A stretch of DNA of 64,000 nucleotides from Bdellovibrionales bacterium. GTDB taxonomy: Bacteria > Bdellovibrionota > Bdellovibrionia > Bdellovibrionales > JAUICD01. The translations under genes and the position numbers were made by a program. The notes beneath the pieces are model-generated. The model ran no database searches and was not told where the DNA came from. It saw only the letters and a program-made list of their open reading frames with translations. Each line of letters begins with the position of its first letter. Positions within the stretch are counted from its first letter, which is position 1. Positions 9,771 through 18,256 of the stretch are shown piece after piece. The DNA is taken from positions 224,001 through 288,000 of the forward strand of contig CBDANC010000014.1 of NCBI GenBank assembly GCA_965197425.1, read 5' to 3'.

Positions 9771-10739
9771 CTATTTAAGCGATTTAATATACTCAATGAC
9801 TTGTGTTACTTGCTCTTCACTCAAAGTACCTTGAAACATTGGCATCTGTCCCGAAGGAAAACCTTCTACCAACACAGCGTTGGGATTTAATATAGATTCC
9901 CTTATATAATTATCATCACCTGTGATTGTACTTCCATCTGCTAAAGCTCTTATACTTCCATACAAACCTTTAAAAGACGGGCCTATTACTTTAGAACCAT
10001 CAGTTGAGTGACAAACTATACATAAACTTTTGTATGTCCTCTCGCCCAACTCTACCAAAGTAAACCCTTTTGTTTCATCAGTATTGAGATATTCTATAAA
10101 AGATGGTTTCTCTACAACATTAACCCAACCAATCATCCCAGAGTGAGCTGTACCACAATATTCTGCACAAAAAATTCTGTACCTACCCACCTTGGTTGGC
10201 ACAAATGAAAGCTTTGTTATGTAACCAGGTACCACATCTTGCTTTATTCTAAAACTTGGAATAAAAAAACTGTGCAAGACATCTTTAGATCTCATGCTCA
10301 AAATAACTCTTTCATTCACCGGTACTGTCAACTCATTTGCAGCAGTTTTGCCATTTTCATATTGAATAGCCCATGCCCACTGAAATCCAGTAACATGAAT
10401 ATTAATAGCATCCTCAGGAAACTCTCTTGTGTTTTTATAAACAACCCAACCCCAATAAAAAATTCCCAAGAACGTAACAAACGGAATGAAACTCCAAATA
10501 AATTCCAAAATATTACTGCCTGGAAGATATTCTACCTTGTCCTGCTCCGTACGCCTTCGATACCTGATAATAAAATACACCATGGCACCCATAAGAATCA
10601 CAAACACCACAATGCTGATAAAAGTTAAAAAATTATACAATGTATCTACAGATACACTGACCTTTGAAGCCTGCACCGGTAAGAACGAAGATTCATTACC
10701 TAAAGCATTAGGCAAAATATTTTCTAATAAATTTAGCAT
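9771..10739 (-). CDS. ctaC: cytochrome c oxidase subunit II with fused cytochrome c
   Basis: CuA motif DVLHSF...CAEYCGTAHSGM; heme c motif CIVCH. Confidence 0.96.
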   Translation of the reverse strand: MLNLLENILPNALGNESSFLPVQASKVSVSVDTLYNFLTFISIVVFVILMGAMVYFIIRYRRRTEQDKVEYLPGSNILEFIWSFIPFVTFLGIFYWGWVVYKNTREFPEDAINIHVTGFQWAWAIQYENGKTAANELTVPVNERVILSMRSKDVLHSFFIPSFRIKQDVVPGYITKLSFVPTKVGRYRIFCAEYCGTAHSGMIGWVNVVEKPSFIEYLNTDETKGFTLVELGERTYKSLCIVCHSTDGSKVIGPSFKGLYGSIRALADGSTITGDDNYIRESILNPNAVLVEGFPSGQMPMFQGTLSEEQVTQVIEYIKSLK

Positions 10740-10819
10740 AGTATTGACCTAAAGGTTTCCTTTATTAAAATCTACCCACCTAATTTTCTTACCTGGCTTA
10801 ATTCCTACAAGCTTTAGGT

Positions 10820-11656
10820 TTAAAATTTGGGTTTTTCTTTTTTAAACCAAAAAGGTATCAAAAAAATACCTAACATAAAAACAGTTAGCCCTGCTCCCAG
10901 TTTTAAAGTATTTAAAGCTAGTAGGCTATACTTTCCATCTTTAGGATTATAGTTGAAGCAGTACAACATAAACCTATCTAATACAGTACCAATTTTTCCA
11001 TCACTTGCCTCAACCAAAGAGAGCCTAACAGTTTGAACATCTGGGCTTATGCCATAAATATAACGAGATATTTTTCCGTTAGGAGTAAGAACATAAGACA
11101 CAGCAGGATGGATCCATTGGTTTGTCTCTTCATTCCATCTGTAGTTAAACCCAAGGCTATCTGCTAACTTCTTTGCATTCTCACTATCTGAAGTTAAAAA
11201 ATGCCAGTCTTTAGAATTTAATTTTTCTACTCCATACATATCCATATAATATTTCTTCTTGGTATTTGCCATAGTTGAATCATCTTTAGATTCAAAACTT
11301 ACTACTATAAAATCAAACTCCGAGCCAGGAGCCCACTCACTTTGCTTGAACATCTGCACCAACCCATTCAAATGATAGTTACAAAGCCCAGGACAAGAGT
11401 AATAAACCATTACTAAAAACACAGGCTTAGTAGAGATCAAGTCTTTTAGTTTTATTTTTTGATTATCTTCGTTAATTAAATCGACATCTAAGGCTACATT
11501 CTCACCTAAATGCTCATTTACCTGAAGGCCTTTTACAGACTCTGGCGACTTGTCAGCTACCATCTGTTTTTTCCAAGGCAAATCTCCATGAGATAAAGGA
11601 GATAGTAATAAGGTTAGCACAAATACTCTAATATAAAGAGAACAGAATACCTTCAT
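10820..11656 (-). CDS. SCO family copper chaperone
   Basis: CPGLC (CxxxC) plus conserved His, signal peptide, C-terminal TM, oxidase operon context. Confidence 0.9.
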   Translation of the reverse strand: MKVFCSLYIRVFVLTLLLSPLSHGDLPWKKQMVADKSPESVKGLQVNEHLGENVALDVDLINEDNQKIKLKDLISTKPVFLVMVYYSCPGLCNYHLNGLVQMFKQSEWAPGSEFDFIVVSFESKDDSTMANTKKKYYMDMYGVEKLNSKDWHFLTSDSENAKKLADSLGFNYRWNEETNQWIHPAVSYVLTPNGKISRYIYGISPDVQTVRLSLVEASDGKIGTVLDRFMLYCFNYNPKDGKYSLLALNTLKLGAGLTVFMLGIFLIPFWFKKEKPKF

Positions 11657-12183
11657 ATACCCTCTTCATCCAAACTTTGCCATTCATCCACAGTGGAAGC
11701 TTTAGGGTTGGCAATTTCAGATCTGATATAATGAGTAAGGTTCCACCTTACTTGACTGGGTAAATACTCCAAACTATGAAATCTAGGATCCGAAACTCCA
11801 TGGGTAAGGGCTTTATAAATTTCAACCTCTGAACTTCCATACTCACTCTGCAGAATCTTTACAAAAAAATCAGCTACATCACCTATAGCATTTACCTCAT
11901 AGAGTTGTTTGCCCTTTTCAACTGCACTGTCTGTGGCTGTTCGCCACAATTTGTCCCTATTAGCTTTGTCTTCTAAAGTGAAGGTATCGCCCCACTCATA
12001 CTCCATATTGTCTATAGGACCTTGGTTTAACAAAAAAACCAATATAAAAAACAAAGCAACAAAACCTAAGGAAAATAACATAAATAAAACAGCCTTTGTG
12101 TTCTTAGGATTAGATAAATCCCTACCCTCTACCTGAGTGCCATTCAAGTTAGAGTTATTGCTGTTATTTTTACTATCTTCCAA
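11653..12183 (-). CDS. membrane-anchored protein resembling cytochrome c but lacking CxxCH
   Basis: One TM; AVEKGKQLY and RWNLTHYIRS helices; no Cys. Confidence 0.55.
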   Translation of the reverse strand: MEDSKNNSNNSNLNGTQVEGRDLSNPKNTKAVLFMLFSLGFVALFFILVFLLNQGPIDNMEYEWGDTFTLEDKANRDKLWRTATDSAVEKGKQLYEVNAIGDVADFFVKILQSEYGSSEVEIYKALTHGVSDPRFHSLEYLPSQVRWNLTHYIRSEIANPKASTVDEWQSLDEEGI

Positions 12184-12375
12184 GGCAAAACCCCTTACTG
12201 TATGATCATTAGAGCAATTTAATTGCTAAGGAAACACATTGTCCATTGCAACATAACTTTTTCCAACCACAGCATAGAAGGGTTATTATCATAGAACAAA
12301 ACTATGTTATTTTTAGCCCAATAAGTAGATCAACTCACTTTATCAATTTATTTGAAAAAGTAAGCCTTTATAAGA

Positions 12376-12471
12376 TATAGATAATCCCTACGGGATAAGT
12401 ATAGATAACCCCTACGGGATAGGTATAGATAACCCCTACGGAGTAGGTATAGATAATCCCTCAAGAGATGG
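12376..12471. repeat. tandem repeat, 4 x 24 bp
   Basis: Unit TATAGATAAYCCCTACGGGATARG starting at 12376, 12400, 12424, 12448 (last two diverged). Confidence 0.95.
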
Positions 12472-12510
12472 TCGGGTTTAAATGCGGAGGATAGGTTTTA
12501 AGTGACAATA

Positions 12511-12580
12511 TCAAAACACAATTCATATGGCAAAAACCTGGTAAAGCCAGATTCTTTGCCATATTCAATCAGTGTTTGGA
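12511..12580 (+). repeat. dispersed hairpin element type B upstream of dnaX
   Basis: TCAAAACACAATTC-[ATATGGCAAA...TTTGCCATAT]-TCAATCAGTGTTTGGA. Confidence 0.75.
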
Positions 12581-12590
12581 GAAGATAACA

Positions 12591-14168
12591 ATGAGTTATA
12601 CACCGATTGCAGGCAAATGGAGACCACAAATTTTTCAAGAGGTAATAGGTCAGGAAACTACAACCACTACACTTATAAACTCGCTAAAATTTCAGAGAAT
12701 ACCACATGCTGTTTTGTTCACAGGTCCTAAAGGGGTAGGAAAAACCTCAATGGCACGCATACTGTCTAAAGCTATAAATTGCCAAAACAAAGAAAATGAG
12801 TATACCCCATGTTGCCGGTGTCAGATGTGCAAAGAAATAGCTCATGGATCCAATATTGATGTTGTAGAAATCGATGGAGCTAGTAATAGTGGTGTTGAGG
12901 CTGTACGGAGCTTAATTGATGGAGCTGGCTATAGCCCCTTTAAATGTAAATTTAAAATTTATATTATCGACGAAGTACATATGCTATCAAATAGTGCTTT
13001 TAATGCTCTTTTAAAAATATTGGAAGAACCTCCTAAACATGTAAAATTCATCTTCGCCACAACTGAACACAAAAAAATACCTTTAACCATACTATCTCGA
13101 TGTTACAGATTTGATTTAAAAAAAATATCAACCAGTCAAATAGCAAAACATCTAGAATTTATATGTAAAAAAGAAAAAATAAAATTTGAAACAGAAGCAA
13201 TTTCAAGAATTGCAAGAAGCTCAGACGGATCAATGAGAGATAGTCAAGTTGCCCTAGATCAAATTATTTCATTTTCAAAAGAAAACCTAACAGAAACCCT
13301 AGCAGAAGAAGTTCTGGGCCTTACAAATAAAAGTACTCTACTGAAGATACTGGACTGTTTGTTTAAAAGGAAAATTGACTCTAGTATAATCAAAGAGATT
13401 TCAAATGGATCTCACAGTCCAAATGCATTCATAAATGACCTACTATTAGAACTAAGAAATTGTATTATGGTTAAAGAGTTTGGATCTAATAATATGTTAG
13501 ACCTATCAGAGAGTGAAATCAGTAATTTATCAGATATAATTCAAAATACCTCAAGTGAAGATATACATATGCTATTTGATATGACACTTAAAGGGGCTTC
13601 CGATTTAACTACATGCGAAAACCCACAAATTGTACTGGAGATGATCTTAATAAGAATGGCAAATGCCCCCAAAATAGAGGCTTTGTCAAATATAAATACT
13701 TATAACAAAACAGAGCCTGATAACGAAGTACCTATCCTTACAAAGGAAAACAGTAAAATCCCAAGTTTTCGAGGTTTTGTTGATTTTGTGGATAAAAAAG
13801 GTGAAGGCCACATAGCCTCTGTATTGGGAAATTGTAGATTTGATTCAATTAAAGATGACTTTTTTGTCATCAGTTTAGATAAAGACAAGCACTCTATGGA
13901 ATTTCAAACTATAGATAAATATAAAAATGAAATCGAAAGCTTAATAGCAAGCTTTTATGGCAACAAGTTACAATTACAAGTAAGCGAAACTGACAAGGGA
14001 GATCACCTTTCCAAAACCCCAAATGAAGAAAAAAAAGAAGAGATTGTAAAAAAAAAAGATGAATTAAAAAAACAGGTGGAAAATGAGCCAGTAGTACAAG
14101 ATTTTAAAAAAATATTTAATTCAGATATAAGAAATATTGTGTCAAATAAACCTAAAAAAGACAGGTAA
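12591..14168 (+). CDS. dnaX: DNA polymerase III subunit gamma/tau
   Basis: KWRPQ, GPKGVGKT, Zn cysteines, EIDGASN, IIDEVHML, TILSRC. Confidence 0.96.
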   Translation: MSYTPIAGKWRPQIFQEVIGQETTTTTLINSLKFQRIPHAVLFTGPKGVGKTSMARILSKAINCQNKENEYTPCCRCQMCKEIAHGSNIDVVEIDGASNSGVEAVRSLIDGAGYSPFKCKFKIYIIDEVHMLSNSAFNALLKILEEPPKHVKFIFATTEHKKIPLTILSRCYRFDLKKISTSQIAKHLEFICKKEKIKFETEAISRIARSSDGSMRDSQVALDQIISFSKENLTETLAEEVLGLTNKSTLLKILDCLFKRKIDSSIIKEISNGSHSPNAFINDLLLELRNCIMVKEFGSNNMLDLSESEISNLSDIIQNTSSEDIHMLFDMTLKGASDLTTCENPQIVLEMILIRMANAPKIEALSNINTYNKTEPDNEVPILTKENSKIPSFRGFVDFVDKKGEGHIASVLGNCRFDSIKDDFFVISLDKDKHSMEFQTIDKYKNEIESLIASFYGNKLQLQVSETDKGDHLSKTPNEEKKEEIVKKKDELKKQVENEPVVQDFKKIFNSDIRNIVSNKPKKDR

Positions 14169-14192
14169 CCTTCTTTTTCTAAAAACCGTGAC

Positions 14193-14331
14193 GTAACCTC
14201 TTTAGTGTTTAGGACATGTCATGTCAATTTTTCATTAACTAATAAACCTTTATTATTAACTAATAAACCTTTATTATTAGATAAGTTAGATAAGGTAGCC
14301 TCTTTAGTGTTTAGGATATGTCATGTCAATT
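14193..14331 (+). repeat. 37-bp direct repeat (102-bp period) enclosing a 21-bp tandem duplication
   Basis: 14193-14229 versus 14295-14331 (2 mismatches); 14234-14254 equals 14255-14275. Confidence 0.9.
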
Positions 14332-14925
14332 ACTCCCTGTGTGGACAGATTAGTTAATGAGCTTTCTAAGCTTCCAGGAATTGGAGAAAAGAGTGCTCAA
14401 AGACTTTCTTATTTCATAATCAAAGCTGGCTCCAGTTTTACTTCAGGTTTACTAGAAGCATTGTCTGACATAGAAAATAAAATCAAACCATGTCAGATGT
14501 GCTTTTCCTATACAGAAGAAAGGCAGGTATGCAAAATCTGTGATGATCCCAACAGATCAAATGATATAATTTGTGTGGTAAAAAACCCTTCTGACATATT
14601 AAAGATAGAATCGTCCGGGGTGTACAAAGGTAAATACCATGTTCTACAAGGTGTTTTAGATTCCTCAAATATGAAAGATGACTCTATAAGAATTAAAGAA
14701 CTCTTGGAGAGAATGGACAACATATCTGAGGTAATACTGGCTCTAGACACAGATTTTGCAGGAGATATGACATCTGCTTACATTGCAAAGCTACTTATGA
14801 AAAATAAAAGCAATGAACATCTAAAAATTACCAGAATCGCTAGAGGCATACCTTTTGGATCTGACATAGAGTACATAGATCAAAGAACACTTAGTGGAGC
14901 ATTAGAGAACAGGACTTCATTGTAA
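14323..14925 (+). CDS. recR: recombination mediator RecR
   Basis: LPGIGEKSAQR HhH, C4 zinc finger, Toprim domain (YHVLQG, TRIARGIP). Confidence 0.95.
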   Translation: MSITPCVDRLVNELSKLPGIGEKSAQRLSYFIIKAGSSFTSGLLEALSDIENKIKPCQMCFSYTEERQVCKICDDPNRSNDIICVVKNPSDILKIESSGVYKGKYHVLQGVLDSSNMKDDSIRIKELLERMDNISEVILALDTDFAGDMTSAYIAKLLMKNKSNEHLKITRIARGIPFGSDIEYIDQRTLSGALENRTSL

Positions 14926-15509
14926 TGTCTTTCATCAATTATAACGCCAAGGAAATACACTGTAAGGTTGTTTACTATGGCCCATCTCTTGGAGGCAAAA
15001 CAACAAATGTCCAATGGATCTATGAAAAAACAAGTGGCAATGAGAAAACCGATCTTATGACCATCAAAAATGAAGTGGATAGAACTGTGTTTTTTGATTT
15101 TTTACCACTATCTCTAGGTGAAATTAGAGGATTTAAAACCAGATTTCACTTATATTCTGTGCCAGGTCAAGTTGTGTATGATGCCAATAGAAAACTTGTT
15201 ATAAAAGGTTTAGATGGAGTGGTATTTGTAGCAGACTCTCAAAAAGATAGAATGGAAGAAAATTTACAATCTTTGAAAAACCTAGAAACTAACTTAAAAC
15301 AACAAGGTTATGATATCAACAACATTCCCATTGTATTTCAATACAACAAAAGAGATCTTCCAAACATAGCTTCTGTGTCAGAACTCAGAGCGGAGCTAAA
15401 TAAAACCAATTCACACGACTTTGAGGCTGTAGCAAGCAAGGGAATAGGAGTATTTGAAACTTTAAAATCAATAACCAAAAGTATAATAAATATATTAAAA
15501 GGAAACTAG
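14925..15509 (+). CDS. mglA: Ras-like polarity GTPase MglA
   Basis: MSFINY...KVVYYGPSLGGKTTN, RTVFFDFLP, VPGQV, QYNKRDL. Confidence 0.95.
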   Translation: MSFINYNAKEIHCKVVYYGPSLGGKTTNVQWIYEKTSGNEKTDLMTIKNEVDRTVFFDFLPLSLGEIRGFKTRFHLYSVPGQVVYDANRKLVIKGLDGVVFVADSQKDRMEENLQSLKNLETNLKQQGYDINNIPIVFQYNKRDLPNIASVSELRAELNKTNSHDFEAVASKGIGVFETLKSITKSIINILKGN

Positions 15510-15568
15510 CGACTTACTAGAACAGCGTTGGTTATATCAACTATTTTAAGTTTTAGATTTAGATTATT

Positions 15569-16508
15569 CTAGTGGGACAGTCTGTAGTCGTAACCTTCCA
15601 TTTCATTTATAATCTCTTCTATACTATGTTTCTTCTCATCCAACTGCATAAGAAAATTATCTAATGCAACTCCTGCAAACAATGGTGATCCTAGTACCAG
15701 AAGGAAATGTGGTATGTCTTTAAAAAAAATGTTGCAGAAATAACAAGGGCAACATAACATGCTAGAATAGTTCCAGCACAATGCAATATATTAAACACGG
15801 GTCTAGAATATATGTAGTCTGGATTATTCTGATCGATTCTTATTATTTGTCTTCCATTGTTATTTAAATATTCTGTTATAGGTGAAGGTATCTTAGTATT
15901 ATCTGAGTCACTCAGTGCGGTTGATTCGTTCTTCTTAATTTCATGGTTTCTATAAGAAGTTATAACTTTTGAAAGTTTATAAGGATTTTCCAACAAAAGT
16001 TTTTGGTTTATCTTTTTTATATCTCTACTATATTCTTCTAGTAAATATACTACGGAATTATCCTCCATATTAGCTATGTCGTAGGGAGTTTGATCTAGCT
16101 CATTGGTAATCAATGGTTCAGCTCCAAGATCCAACAACAGATAAGCCAATTCAATGTTATCTACTTTTGCAGCTAAATGCAAAGCTGTGTCTCCATCATT
16201 TTGATTTTGCATATTTACTAATGTATTTATAATGTCATAATCTGGTTCAGTGTCTGTCTTAAAAAACTGTAGAAGGAAATGTAGTTCTTCTATATTACCC
16301 GCTCTCAAGCTCTCTCATACCATTTATCTTCCCACCGTGAAGGAAAGTATTTGGATGAGTCTTCGTCATTTGGTACCAATCGAATATTATTGGTGTCTTT
16401 TTTACTTTCAAAAATTAATACATCTATACAATCATCTTCACTTGCAAAAGTAACTTGCACCATAAAGGTCAAGACAAAAAAGAGACTTAAAAATCTACTA
16501 TTTTACAA
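15569..16508 (-). pseudogene. secreted ankyrin-repeat protein, paralog of 16673-18238, interrupted by indels
   Basis: Signal peptide SRFLSLFFVLTFMVQVTFA in another frame; 2-bp excess in GA run ~16310-16317; probable shift at A8 15722-15729; GDTALHLAA ankyrin motif. Confidence 0.7.
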
Positions 16509-16672
16509 TGAAAACTCCCCCACTAATTAACATAAAAAACAAATCAAAAGATCAGAACTGTGCAATGGATTTTTTACAACGGTGTTGCATTTATAATCAA
16601 ATTACACTAGCCTAGCAAGACCATTTTGGGGGGTTTGAATTTACTTCACGATAAAAAATTTGCGGATATCTA

Positions 16673-18238
16673 ATGAATAGGTTTTTAAACTTGTTTTTTG
16701 TGTTTGTTTTTACTGTTCAAATTTCTTTTGCAAACAGTGAAAGTTGCACTGATGCATTGGAGTCTAATTCTAGCTCTGAGAGGCAACTCTCTTCAAATCA
16801 ATTCAATATTGATTTAGAAAGTATATGGAATGATGCTATGGAAAATGGTGATTTAAAAGGGATACATTTTCTCATACAGCTAATAGACAGATCATCACTA
16901 TCGGATTTAGATAAAGAACTTGCCAGCGAGTTACGCAACTTATTTAACAAAAAATATAGTGAAGGAAACACTATTTTGCACATGGCTGCCAAGCATGATG
17001 ATATAGACATACTTTCCTTTATGATAGATCATGGTGCTGATATAACAAGTGAAAACGATTTAAATGAAACACCCTATGATGTAGCAAAATATTATGAAAA
17101 CCAATTTTCTATAGATGCCCTGGAAACCGCTATGAACGAAATGCACGAAATTGGTACACTAGAACAAGAGAAGGGGAAAAATAAAGGGATTGTTCAAACA
17201 TTTCAAGGTTCAGAACCAATATCCAAAGTAGATGGCCATCTAGAAAGCTATATAGAAGAACAAACCCAACTAGCAGAAAGTGTTAAAAATAGAATAATTC
17301 AACATATTAAAAATCGAGATTTAATGAGGCTTAAGTTTCTTTTTGAGTATTTAAGAAAGAATAACCTGGATATAATTCTCGAAAACACAAAACATATTTA
17401 TATAACCAAATCCTACAAAACAACTTTTCTAATAATGGCTGCCAGGTTGGATGATGTAGATATAGTTGAGTTCCTACTAGATGACAAATATCAAAACACT
17501 GTCTTAGAAAAGGATAGTCTTGACAAGAGTGTTCTACATGTTGCAGCAAATAATGGTTCGGCAAGAATAACTGAGACTATTTTAGACAGCATGGAAGATG
17601 AAGATACTTTATATAGTTTGGTTAGTTTAAAAGAAAAGAAAACAGGCAATACTGTATTGCATAATGTAGTTATCAATGATCAATTCAATTTACTTTCCAT
17701 TATGTTGAATAGGTTAAAAAGTGTTTTGACCGAAATTTCTTATAACAAACTTTTGCAAATAAGGAATAATGAATCAAAAACTGTAGAAGATCTTATGAGA
17801 GACAAAAAAATACCTTCTAAAATAATAATTGAATTGAACAACAAACCTATCAACATTCAGACCATGTATGCTGACTATAAGAGAGAAGAACGTGCTGCTA
17901 AGCAAATCGCTGAAGTAGATATAAAGGTGTTAAAGAGAAAACTTAATTATGAATTGAAGTTTAAAGGCAGAAAAGTGAGGCGAATTTTCCAATCCTTCAA
18001 CAAAGTGGAGACTAAGCCTTTGTTCAGGTATTCTTTTTTTACAAACATTTTTTGGAAGATACCAGTATCTATTATCTTAAGCCCAATTGTTGCAACACTT
18101 GCTGTTTTGGCGTCTCCCTGGCTAACATATTATCAATTTTTTTATCATCGTGTATCAAAGAACAATCGTACATATAAAATATCTGATCTGGTAAAAATTA
18201 AGCCAGATCCACCTGATCTACTAAGTGATATCAACTAA
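16673..18238 (+). CDS. secreted ankyrin-repeat protein with C-terminal hydrophobic segment
   Basis: Signal peptide; GNTILHMAA, KSVLHVAA, GNTVLHNVV repeats. Confidence 0.85.
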   Translation: MNRFLNLFFVFVFTVQISFANSESCTDALESNSSSERQLSSNQFNIDLESIWNDAMENGDLKGIHFLIQLIDRSSLSDLDKELASELRNLFNKKYSEGNTILHMAAKHDDIDILSFMIDHGADITSENDLNETPYDVAKYYENQFSIDALETAMNEMHEIGTLEQEKGKNKGIVQTFQGSEPISKVDGHLESYIEEQTQLAESVKNRIIQHIKNRDLMRLKFLFEYLRKNNLDIILENTKHIYITKSYKTTFLIMAARLDDVDIVEFLLDDKYQNTVLEKDSLDKSVLHVAANNGSARITETILDSMEDEDTLYSLVSLKEKKTGNTVLHNVVINDQFNLLSIMLNRLKSVLTEISYNKLLQIRNNESKTVEDLMRDKKIPSKIIIELNNKPINIQTMYADYKREERAAKQIAEVDIKVLKRKLNYELKFKGRKVRRIFQSFNKVETKPLFRYSFFTNIFWKIPVSIILSPIVATLAVLASPWLTYYQFFYHRVSKNNRTYKISDLVKIKPDPPDLLSDIN

Positions 18239-18256
18239 AAAAGTGGCAAGCAGAAA

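Noticed and set aside
12376..12471. CRISPR array
   Set aside because: The 24-bp units are directly adjacent with no unique spacers, and no cas genes are present.
12184..12590. SRP RNA (ffs) or tRNA upstream of dnaX
   Set aside because: No SRP domain IV motif with GGAA loop and no cloverleaf; the hairpin present belongs to the dispersed family.
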